Assembly: GCA_036172245.1 (NCBI GenBank)
Contig: JAYWIR010000005.1
Coordinates: 434,001 to 498,000, forward strand
Source of the DNA: Raillietiella orientalis
Lineage: Eukaryota
Direction of reading: 5' to 3'
Length of the DNA: 64,000 bases
The position numbers and the translations under genes are program-made. Shown here piece after piece: positions 35,763 to 47,800 of this stretch. Position 1 is the first letter of the stretch. Every line of letters begins with the position of its first letter. Under the pieces are notes generated by a model. The model did not search any database. It was given only the letters and a program-made list of their open reading frames with translations, and was not told the DNA's origin.

Positions 35763-38700
35763 ACTCTCCTCCAGCTTCCGTGCTCATCTCGTGCATCAGT
35801 GCCAACAATTTTCTTGTTGCACAGTTTCATCAGCATGCCTTGGTTCGAGAAGCTAGCCATGTTTTGGATGCACGGTAAATCCTTGAAAGCAAGGACTCTA
35901 CAGGAGGCTCTCTGCATCACTTCCATTTACCTTCTTTAGTGCGTATCAACGAGCTCGCGACGCGCTTCCGGGTCGGGCTCTCACGTTTGCATGCTATCCT
36001 TAAAGATCATTGATTTTCCTTTTCCGCTTGACGCAGGGATACCCACCGCCAAGAAGTCCACTCTTGAGACAGCAGACATCGGAGACAACCCTCCTGCAGA
36101 GGATCTGATTGCGCGAAGATGGCCTTCCACCTGCTGTTATTCCCTGGACACCTTTCGCTTCCGTTGCGATGTCAGCTGAGGCACTCATCCAACTCTGGAG
36201 CACGACGCAGTGCTTTTCGAGAGTTGCGTCTTCACGCACGTCTTATGACGTCTCTTTCTTTCTTTTTTTTATAATGGAAGAATAAAATTTATTAGTCATT
36301 CGTCAATTGCATGAACGCTTTGAATTGCTGTTACCGAAATCCGCCTGTTTTCTTCAAATTTCAAAAGTTTTGTCTGGGTAAGCAATCCGTCAGGCTTTTC
36401 CGGTTTGGTTTAGTGCCATCAAAAACGATGGAGTCATATCTTTTCGTCATCAAGAGCAACTCTACAAGCAGTACACCTCAGCAGAATCCTCATTCCCCAG
36501 AGGTGTATTGCTCTTAGAGTTGACTGTATTCTTTTCAGACACTTGATTAACGTGATGCCTTCCAGATTAATAACGAGCATTCTGGAAGCATTGCTCCCAC
36601 TCTGTCAGGGTCAGTCCCTCAAATGTAAAACCAGCATCACATTGGTGAGCAGCAGATCTTCCTTTGCCGAGCGCCCTTCTTCCATGACCTTCATGTATCC
36701 ACTCAATCCTAACTGATGTAGTCTTTTTTCCAAATCAAGGATAGTACCAAGCTTCTTCCTCTACAGCCCCTTCTTCGGAAATTAGACGTCTCTTAGAAAA
36801 GGAAGGATTACACTGATGTTCCGTTCCTCGGAAGTCTCGATTTCTTTCTCCTTCCTCTTTCTTTTTCGAAGATGTGGAGGAAAGTGGGCTGGTACGAGAA
36901 AGGACCGCTGTCCACTCAGTCTGGTGAACGGATTTCAAGAAGAAAACGCTGCATCAGAGGGTGGAATCGTACGAAATTCCTTCTGAGCGAAACGAGCGGA
37001 AAGCCGAGAGAGAGAGAAAGAGAGAGAGAAAAAAAAGTAAAACCTACGCACACAAGCAGAGTTCTCTAGAGCTGAAGAAAAAAGAATGTAAGGTGGGCAG
37101 GAGGCTAGATCTTCCGTGCTTGGAAGAGGCGGATCTGAAGAGGACGGAGATACCGAACTTCTGATCGATCAGCGAAGACGGGTGGAGCTGACCGAAGCCA
37201 ACACGAAGCTTTCGGAATTCTCGAGTGGGCGAAACAAGGGGTGTTCGGTGTTTGAAGGTGCACTTCCGATAGTTGCGAAACGAAAGGCGCGAATCTCGCA
37301 GAACTTCAGCTCCTCGTTGCGATGCGATCTCAGCAGGAAGCGCGCGGAACCTTGAATTTTCGTGCCCCGGGCCGAGGTCCTCCTTCGAACTAGCAAAGTG
37401 CTGAGGCCTCAACACCCACACAGCTGTTAAGATCGGAGTGCCGTTCGAAGGAGGCAGCTGGTTTCGAAACCCCGTTGAGTGTTCAGCCCAGGTCCCCTCG
37501 TCCCACAACCTCCACAGCAACCCTTTCTTCCCTATTCCGGTCCAGTCCGATCCAAAGACATGCGGCTGATGACATCGTCCAGCCCGGGGTGGGTTCGACC
37601 TGGGAGCAGCTGGCTCGTGGAGCGGGATGGAGTGGCCGGGGGTGCCAACTCCGGTTTCAACATCGCGCAGGCAGGGCAGGAAGGTTCGGCAGCCTCGTGG
37701 GGACGCGACGAGGTTCTGTGGATGCTGACGGTCGCTCAAGGACTCGCAGATTGGAAGAAGTCGCCGTGGAGATACGTGGGCGATTGAAGGCCGGGGGGGG
37801 GGGGGGGGCAGAAAAAGTGCCATCATGGCGGCAATCTGGTTCACGATCCCGAACGATCGAAATCCCGAATCTCGAAAGTTTACAAGAAATAAAATATAGA
37901 TGTCTGTTACGTAGATTGATATGCAAATTTATTTCAACATACACATTTATAAATATGAATAATAGTGGGTTTTGATAAATGCATAGACTAAAGATTTAAA
38001 AAAATAAACGTGTTTATATATATATATAGATAGATAGATGGATAGATAGATATTTATGTATATAATAAATATATATTAGGTGAATGTATAAATATCGAAG
38101 TGTAAACCTGTATGGATGCTGACGACTTCAGCGAATTACGGTGCCCCCGGGGTGGATTCCCCTCTGCGGTCCGATTTGGTGCCGCAAAAGGGCAAAGGCC
38201 AGCTAACGATGTTGGATGCTTCTTGCCCATTTGAACGTGTTGAGGCTTTCGGAGTGCCAGGGAGGAGGAGGAGGAAAGGGGGGGGGAGAAATACCGGGAC
38301 ATTGCCCAGCAAATTTCACAGACGGGGCCGCAGACCAAGGTGCTCGCCCCTTTGTAGCCGCATCTCTGGATGGAAGCCGGGATCCTCTCAGCGATGCAGT
38401 TCCTGTACTCTCAGAAGAGACAATCTGATAGTTGCCTCGTGTCTGATGCAGCTGCGACATCTGTCGGACGGATCGACTTTGCCGTCCCACCAGACGACGC
38501 TGCCAGCCTGAGGCAGCGTGGCCAAGCTCGTTAAGGACCAAGACAAGTTTTAATCGGAAGGTCCCGGCCACACGATCCGCTCGATCGTCGTATCAGGAAA
38601 TGAGAAGGCAATGATTGCAAGATGGCTCGAATCCATCCTTTTCGCTTTTGTTTGCATTCCCTGTTCTGCCCTTTGGGTGAAATCTGGTCAGAGAAAAGAT

Positions 38701-39572
38701 GACGACTCGAATTTTTCCGCCAGACCGGTCACCCAACGAAATTGGCACCCTGGGTCTGGGAAAGATGGGACAGGCAGAAGAGCGTCCACCATCAGTCCAA
38801 CGATCACCCGTCGAAGAGGGATTTTTCCCAATCTCCCTCACATTCTAATGGACTCAAGAAACAATGGGGGGAGGGAGGAGAGGAACTGATGCAAAAAAAA
38901 AAAAAAGAGTCAAGGAAACACTTTTTTTTTTTTTTTTTTTCGAGAAATAGATGCGAGTAAAAAACAAACAAACGAACAACAGCAACAACAAATCAAGCAG
39001 CTCAGCGCTCTCACAAGAATCTTCTTAGCGCCGATAGCTGGAGCAAGTTCCGTAAGAGAAGACGTTCCGGGAAGAGGCAGCAACGTCCAATCAGATCGCG
39101 CGTTTCAGAGCGGCGCCGGAGCGCGTGCGCAGAAATCCCGCCGTGCCGTCCCGTCGCGAACGGAGAACCGGGACTCGGCAGGTCGCGGTCGCGTTCCCTG
39201 TTCCCGAAGCCCTGAGGCGACAGTGGGGTCGCTCTGTTTCGCGAGGACGAATGGAAGAGGGAAGAGAAGCCTTGGGCCGGACGGCGGCGTGGGTTTCACC
39301 CCTGGCTGCAAGAGTGTCGACGGGAAGCGGGCCGAGTGTTGCTGCAGCCCGAGGGCGCAACGCAGGTTTCTTTCGGGAAAGCAGGTGGACTTCGGGTGCA
39401 GCCTTGTAGAACAAGGAGGAGCAACTGTGTGTGTGCGTGTTTCTTTTTAGGGGAGGGGAAGGGAAGAGATGCTGTCTGCCATGGATTCAAATATAGAAAC
39501 CATTCTATTGTCTTCACACAACCTTATAAGCGTCTTGAGAGCTTGAAGCGTGTTTCGTCGTTCTGACAGAAT

Positions 39573-42500
39573 CTAGCTCGGATTCCTCCGGGCGGTCACC
39601 TGCTCGAGGCTGCCCTCCGCGGCGGCGACCGCGTCTTCCACGGAGAAAAACACCATCTGGTCCGCGAAATGGAAGAAGAATTCGTTCCTCTCCAGGAAGA
39701 AATAAACAGGTCCTTGCGGGGCGACCACCCAAATCAGGAACCTTCTGCTCTGAAACTCCTTCACGAATTGAAGCAGTTTGTCCACAGCCATCATGTCGGC
39801 GAAAGTCAGCATCGACAAGTCGAGCACCAAGTTCCAAGAGGACTGCTCCACGCCGTCTGGCAGGCAGTGACCCTCCTGCAAGTCAACGGTGGAGGAGAGG
39901 GAGGGTCATCTTTACCGTACCTTGTGAGGGGGAGAGAGCTTTTCTTCTTCGCAGGGAGGAAGCAAGCTGTTGAACTTCTTTTTCAGGCCCAGGATGTTCG
40001 TAAAGGTCAGCCCCCCTTGCACGCGGATGACGGTCGTGCGACGCAGGGGGAGCAGCCCCTCGTAGAGCGCTTCGTCGACCAGCAGGCGGTTTGGGGAGGG
40101 GAGCACCCCAAGGCGACAGATGTAGACCTTCTGGGATCTGTAGAGCAGCAGGATCAAGGAGAACACGACGCTGATCCCCAGCCCGATGTCGATGTCCAGC
40201 AGGACCACAGAGAAGAAGGTGACGAGCCACACGGACGCGTCTAGACGGGATCGCGACAGAGCGCGCACGACCTCGCGGTACTGCAGGAACATGCCCCTGA
40301 GAGCTACCGTGATGATGGACGCCAGAACACAGGTGGGCAAGTCACTAAAGAATGGTCCGATCTTCAGCAGGACGAGCAGAAGAAAGCCACAGGAGATGAT
40401 GCTGGCCAGCTGCGTGCGGCCGCCCAGAGTCCTCTGGACGACGCTCCTGGACAGCGACGCGCTCACGGGAGCGCAGGAGGTGAAGGACCCCACCAAGTTG
40501 CTGACGCCGACGGCCAGCCACTCCTGGTTCGCGTTTATTTTGTACCCGTCTTTCTTGGCCAGGATCTTGGCCATGGACAGGCAGATGGTGTAAGACACCA
40601 CCGCGACGGTGAGGCTGTCCAGAACCAGTTTGGGAAACAGTTCCACCGGGGGCATCGAGAACAACGGCAACCTGGCGGCGGAGGTCCCTTCCTTGAGGCG
40701 GACGGCGGCCGCCCCATCTCCTTACCCGGTGGGGATGTCGCCGACCGTGAGCACCCCGAAGCGCCTATTCAGCTGCGAGTACCGCATCACCAGGGTGCCC
40801 GTGATGATGGCGACCAGCTCGATGGGGAACGAGAAGCGGGTGCGCTTCTGGAGAGCAGGCTGGAATTCGGGAAGGGGGGAAGGGAGACGAGACTTCGCAT
40901 CTTCCGCCGACGGAAGAGGTCACCAACCTTGACGATCTTCTCGAACAGCATAAGGCAGGTGATGGTGATGGCGGATATAAGGACGGAGGCGAGGTTGCTC
41001 TCGCCGAGGTGGCTGACGATGTCGACCAGCATCTGCAAAGGTCCCGCCGGGTTTGCCATTCGGTTCCTCTCCCGAGGAATCGATTCGGTTGCGCAGGAGG
41101 GCGCGACCCCTCTCCGCCCCTCAGACTCACGTAGATCACTTTGGTGATGCCAAAGTGCTTGCCGACGGGGACCCCGAACAGGTGCTTCAGCTGCGAGACG
41201 AGCACGTGTACCGCGGCCCCCGTCGTCATGCCGCTGACGAGGATGTCAGTCAGCAGGACGCTGACGACCCCCAGCCGCGCGATAGCCAGGCCGCATTGCC
41301 AGAGCCCGCACAGCAGCGACATGGCCGTAGCCACCTCGACGGGAGTGAAGGTTGCGTTGCCGCCGGCCGCCAACGCCTCCAGGTCGGAGTGCTGTTCCAC
41401 GGCCTTGCCCGTCATCATGCACACGACGGAGAACGTGCCTGGAGGAAGGGCGGGCAAGGTCGAGAGCCGGTGCGCTCATGGGCGGGGACTCACCGATTGA
41501 TATGTGCCTCGAGGTACCGAGCAGGGAATACGCAATCACAGGAAAGAAGGCCATGTAGATGCCCGTGATGGGCGGCACAAGCGCCAGCATTGCGTAACCG
41601 AGGCCTGCCCGGAGCGTCGATCAGGCGGGTCCAATCCCCGTTCCGCAGCTTACCTTGAGGGATCTGCATGACGCTCACGGTGAATCCCGCAGATAGGTCG
41701 CCCCAGGCGCTCTCCTTCCACCTGTAGCGCCTCAGCCAGCACGCGGCAGGGAGGAGAGAAGACAGCAAGCGCGCGAAACGGCTTGCAGAGCAGCAGCCGC
41801 CGCCATCCCGGAGCTTCCTCTTGAACTTGGTCAGCAACGCTGGGGACACGCGGGAGAGAGGAGTCCTGAAGAGCAGAGGCGATTCGCCGCCGCATACGTA
41901 AGGGACCGCGCGTCCGACCGATTCCAGGGGAGATGGAAACGTGTGAAGCGCTCTTCCACTTGTTGCAAATGCTTTCTTCCCCACCTGCCCACCCCCTTCT
42001 CCTCCTCTCTTCGAGTGAGAGGAGCGTTGCCCGCGGAAGAGAAATACTCCCCGGGGGAAGGAGGCATCGTTCGCTTTCGCTGCTGCGCGGAGCGGGCGAG
42101 GGGGGAGGTAGAAATGGAGGCAGCTATAGAGGAACACACGATCATTCCGAGACCACGGTGCGGGCCCATGATTCGTGGCCATCATCTCAGCGGCAGTCGA
42201 ATGCCGGGAGCCTCCGCATGGAGCGCTGCCGCCGCAAGCGAGTGAGCGAGTCTGACGTTGGTACCGCAAGGGCCGAGGAGTCGTCGGAAGCTTCCTTGCT
42301 CTCTTGATGGATGCCTCTCCCATCCCATCATCCATAGCGGTTTCTTTGCTATTTTTTTTTTTTTTTTTTTTTTACCTTCTCTCTCTTTACTCACTACACA
42401 CCGCGGACTCTTTCCTCTATTCCAACACTTGAGGAGCTGAGACTTCTTCTTCTGCCTCCTTCTTCTTCAGGCATAAGACCTATGCGAGGGAGCGTAATTC

Positions 42501-44810
42501 TTCTTGGAAAGGGCGATCGAGGCCATGCCACGCACTCGAGGGGGCGAAGGGACTGCGAATCTTCGGTTCCGGGAAGACAGGAACGGACAGGAAAGGATTC
42601 AGACGCTTTTGCTCCTCCTTTGGGAACCGCCTTCCTTCTCGGAGAAGATGGATGACGGGAACGAAAAGGAGAGGAGATGAAAGTCGGTGGAGCCCTGAGG
42701 CGGTGCTGAGGAACGAGCAGCAAGCGAGCCGAGGTGTCAAAACGCATCCCACTCTCGGAAGCCGAAGACCACGGACCACAACCAGCACAAGCGTTCCCTG
42801 CCCACGTCTCGGTGAAAATCCCGTCCTCGTCCTCGTCCTGCAAGTTAGTTGGCTACAAGAGAGCGCGTCGTGAAATCCCGTGCTCTGCTCGCCGTCGTGG
42901 GTGGCTTCCCATAATCCGAGCCCTCACGCGGCCGGTGCAGTTGGCACGAAGCACGTGTCTGGCAACTCATAGCCCACTCGGCTCGGGATCGGTACCTCCT
43001 GGATGCGAGGAGGATCCGACTAAACTGATCTGACGGGAATGCGAGGGATGCGAGGATCCGATCCGATCGCAAACCGCGTCCTTGAGCGGGATTTGTTTTG
43101 TTTGTTTGCTCTTGCTTTTTTTCCCCATCCGAAAGTTCTCGAACGTGTTCTCTTGCAAGATGGGAATTTCAGGATCAGATGCAGCGAGAGAGAGAGGCTT
43201 CACTTGGGCATCTTGCTTGCTCCCGCGATCTGCGAAGAGACGTGTCAACGCTCCGGGAGGCGGATGCCGGGTCTTATCCCGCAGGATTCGAAAATCCTCG
43301 AAGTAGCCAATTAAAAATGACAAAAATCCAAAAACTGCACTCACGAAGTGTACACACCACGGTCAGCTCCCGTACCCACCTTAAACCTTCCGTTTTGGTA
43401 TCTTCATCACTCTACGACCACTTCAACAAATGCACAGAAAGGGAAAGCCCTCATGCACCCACAGGCCCGGAGAAGCCTTGCCCTTCCGGAACTTGGCAAC
43501 ACTGCAATTGTTACGGGCATGAATGGAAGTCTCCCACTTCGATGCACATGACGGCTGGCAGGATTTCCCTCTCTCCAAAAATAAAATGAAAAAATACATA
43601 TATTATAAATTTTCCCTCGCTCCAAAAAATCATTTTCCTTTTGGAGAGACTGAAATTTATTGAATATGGAATAAAATGCAGGGAGTCACAGGAGAGTTGC
43701 CACGAGACCCGTAAGATCCACTGCGAGGTCCATGCAAACCTCTTTCGCCCTCCTACGATCCCCCGAAATGACCGAGAGCGCGAAACCGCTCCGGACGGCC
43801 GAGTTGGCGGTCAGAAAAGCGTGCCTATAGGGTTTCTGCGCAAACCTGTCCAAGGACGACTGCGACTGCTTCGCATATCAGAGCGGTATTTCGTCGGCGT
43901 CGCCGCCACGAAACCGGACCTTTTCAGCACGAACGGGATCAAGTCGTTCTGGACTGCGTTTGCCCGCCGCCGCCCACTCGGAATCCCAAAAGAATGCGAG
44001 GCCGATCTCTCGCTTCTACGGAACTTCACATCTCGTGTAGGGTCCAGGTCGTTTTCAGCAAAAGGAAAACTGGAACAATCAATGAGCCCAGCATCTCTTG
44101 CACGGGTCGAGTGAGTGTGCGCGGACCACTCCCGGTAGCTCCTCAGGGGATCCATAGAGGCGAGCCTGACGTGCTCCCTCTGGTACTTAGCGGAAACGCA
44201 ACGGCCGCGTAGAAGCTCCGTCATCGCCTTCCTCGAGCTGCAAGAACGGTGGTCGCACGAGGGAAACGCCAAGAAAGCACCAGCGGCAGCGTAGGCCGAT
44301 GCATCTTTTCGCGGATCGGGGAAAGGTCGGGAGAAGCAGGTCGCTATCTGCGAGCCCTGGCATACCTCCCTGCTTGTCCCCACTGCCGAGCGAGGCAGCG
44401 GCCGACTCCCCGAGCTGTTGCCGGGTTCTCCCGCAAGGAGCAGTGCAACCCGGCCCAACGCTGCCGGCAGCCGGTCCGCACTCCAGGGACTACGGACGGG
44501 AAAGCTGAACTGTGGATGGCCCAACCCGATGGTCGGAAAGAGGCGCTGATACTTGCTCATGCGCAGAGCGACCTTTTCCCGTAGCCAGTTGGCGCGGGTC
44601 GTGGAGAATAAGGCGGAGCAGGCACCGTCCCCGCGAACTCGATCTTTCCGAGCCCCCATCATCCAGAGGAAAAGTACCTGACTTGACCGGTGGGCGCTGG
44701 TGGTAGAGGGCGTTGAAGCGCGAGAGTGGGACTCCTTCATAAGAGGTCGGGTTGCTGCCATCCAAGTGGACGAGCGTGCTGGCATCTTTAACACTTGGTG
44801 GCACTTGCAT
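39573..44810 (-). CDS. Prestin: SLC26/SulP anion transporter (prestin-like) with STAS domain; exons 44810-44678, 41839-41654, 41604-41494, 41438-41131, 41032-40928, 40859-40726, 40671-39921, 39875-39573
   Basis: All junctions are GT-AG and in phase. Motifs [70 protein letters not shown] and [20 protein letters not shown]...FFSVEDAV. First coding exon is inferred from phase and an in-frame upstream stop. Confidence 0.92.
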
Positions 44811-47800
44811 ATGCTTCACGTCGGTGGCTCACAAGAGAGAAAAGGATGACGAGAAGTGGTCGTCGCGTCTTCCACCATCAAACTGGAAGTAAACGATTGC
44901 TACATTGAGCAGCCTATTCCCTATTTCACCGCCAAGGAAAATTCGTGGAAATTCTCGCTGGAAATTCTCTTTCATCCGCTTGTATGATTCGAGGGAGGGA
45001 AGGAGGAGTGGATGAAGGAAGAGAAGTCATCGACCTATAGATGGAGGGGTTCTTCCGAGAACACCTGACTTCGAAAAGACCGGGCATCCTGGGGGACGTG
45101 CATGTCTAGTCATACTGTTCCGCTGCGTTCGGCTGGTCTTCGGAAACCGTTTCCCTCAGCAACGGACGGACGCTTTGCTGGGAGAGCCTTGATGTGCTCC
45201 AAGGAGGATGGCGGCACGGAAGAATCTCTTTGACGTCGAAAGCGCGAGGTGCTGCCGCCTATCCAAGCCCTCGGAGTTGCACTGGATGGCTCAGTGAGCC
45301 TCCTCTCGCTTTCACGGAGATCTGGCAACCCTTACGCGAGCGGAAATAAGAGGGGACACAGCCGCCGCATACCTCCGACCGAGGTTCTGTGACGCGCGGC
45401 GGCGAACCGGACGACGAAGAGCAGGAAGGAGATGTGATGAAACCACGAACCACCTCCTTCCTGCTCTTCGACGCCTTTCCTCCTTCACGCCTGCGCATGC
45501 CCACCGACCCTATCCCTCCTCCCTCGCCGTTCGCCAGCAGCAGTAGCAGCAGCCTGAAAGCCGGGCTCAAGAGCTGGAAGAGTGACCTCAGCTCTGTTTC
45601 GGCAAGACTTCCAGCGAAGGAAGGCCTCACCAGATGGAGGAAGTGAATGGGGAAGGAGGGGGGGGATTTCCGATGGACTTCTCTCATCGTCAGGGAAACA
45701 AAGCGGAGCGGAAGAACAAAGGCAAAGGTGAACTGCTGCGTCCGAACGTCAAACGAAAGCGGCTCGTTCGAGGGAGGGGAAGACGAAAAGAAAAGGAAGC
45801 GGGGAAATTTCGGGAGCGGAAAGGATCGACTAGGGTGCGCGCGGAGGGGAATGTCTCCCCGGGGGCCTGCAACCGCGGTACTGGAGCCATGGGAAGGTTT
45901 CCTGGCGGTGACAAAAGTCCTCCGAGGAGAGCAGCCTCCTTCCTCCGCTCCCTCTCGAGGTTCCGGAAGCGGGATGAACCCACAGGTTGGGATGCAGTCA
46001 GTTGGCAAGAGGAGGAGGAGGGAAGTTCTTCCTTTGCCGGAGGTCATCCCCCACCCGACATTCCCGGAACCCCTCGATGTGCCAACCTCTCGACAGCCAC
46101 CGTCTCTACCCTAACGTGCTCCGCCTGCTTCCGGGAAAGCGCCATCGTTGCTCGGGGTCGCCGTCGCTCCTTCGGGGGAGAAGAGGGGAAAGCAAATCCG
46201 CGCCGCCTGTGCTGCTGCTCTTCCTGCCTCTACGTGATCCACGAATTGGGGGACGGGGCAGTCGCCTCTAGGAAAACCACGTCGGCCACTGTTCCCTCAC
46301 AGTGTTCCCGCGAAACAAGCAATGCGGAACGGAAACAGGAAAGCGGAGTACCGTCTCTTTTTTCTCCTTCTCTGCCTCCAGCAGTCGAAGGCTTCGGTCG
46401 ACAAGCACGAAAGGCTCACAAGCTTTCCTCCAACCGATGCGACGAGCACTTGCACGAGCTCCGGTCCCCCTGCTTCAACTCAGAGCACGCCAACAACACA
46501 TCACGTGAACCACAGAAGCCGCCTCTGAGGGCTGGAAATCGTCATCCGAGGATCTATCCCTCCTCGTTATGAAATTCCCCTCTTTATCAAGGGATTAGTG
46601 ACTTCTGATTATCGATTTATCTCTCTGCGCGTTCTCTCCATGACCTCCTTCCCCTCTTCGGAGGTTATCAGCATCGAGATCTAGATGCAGATAAAATGGT
46701 CTGTCTCTTCTCGAGCAACTGCCTGTCCTTAACGCAGGTCGCCGCCACCGCCCCGCCCCTCCGCGCCTGCCTGGGTCGTTCCCAGCTCCCGGTCGTCAGT
46801 TCAAGTCTGGCTTTCCCGAGAAGCCACATCGACCGCTGATCCACCCAATTCATGCTCCCTCTCCGCCCCCCTTTTTTTTTTTTTCTGAGGAAAGGGGGGG
46901 GGGGGCTGAACCTGCGAATCCGAACGGACTGCCATGGACCAACCTCGCCGCCGGTATGCACACTGCTTCCAGATGACTGCTTCCTCCTCCAGCATGCAGG
47001 TGGGTGGAAGGGAAGGACTCGGTTCTCGCCGTGCACCACGACGCCTCCGCAGGTGGGGGGAGGGGGCGCTGTGTATACTCGGGAGGCTCCCCCCATCGTC
47101 GCTCGTTGGACCTGTGGTTCCGACGAGGCGAGCGGGAGGAGGTTGCGGACGACTCCTTTCGGATGGCGTGCCAACGCTGATCCTCCTTCCCTTCCTCGTT
47201 GCTGCCGCTTCCTCCTCGTCCTGGCAGACAACCCACGTTCCTTCGGGCCCGAGCGCCTGCACCGCTTCCAAGGTGCCATCCGTCGTTCGCCCTGATTCAC
47301 ACAGCCGGCTGGTGCGAAGGGCAGTCGGTTTCCTCTTTTGCCCTTACTTTCCATAAGCGAAGGCCCACCTCCCCACTGCAAGAAGAGCTCGTCTCAGCGT
47401 GCTCGGAGCTTCCACAGGAGGAAACCGACTTGGTTAGGAGATCTGCCTGCTCCAGCGGAATCCTCCCCCTGCTTCCAGAGGTGGCGGCTAGAACACGCGG
47501 AGATGCTGAACAGGTGTCAAGAAAACGCTGGGTGATAAGTGAAAGTGCGGGTTCTTCCATGCAGCCTGCTCTCCGGCAGGTTCGCCTCGCAGGCAACTGG
47601 GGCAAAAGGGAGGGGGAGGGAAATGGAGGGGAGCAGGAGAAATCATGAGCCACCAGGCTGTGGAAGTGGTTGAACGACCACCCTTTCAGTTCGATGCTGA
47701 TGAAGAACACTGGCACCTAAGGTTGTTTGGGGGTTCAGTCGGAGCAAATCACCACCTCACTTTCCACCTGTAGGACAGATGGCAGGTTTCCCCCTGAAGA

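Noticed and set aside
33600..38600. Possible minus-strand gene fragments (e.g. 49-nt GT-AG intron-like stretch 35882-35930)
   Set aside because: Frames hit stops quickly and no consistent model or homology emerged.
43811..44794. 327-aa minus-strand ORF
   Set aside because: Out of frame with the SLC26 first exon and runs into its intron; no recognisable domain; GC-rich shadow ORF.
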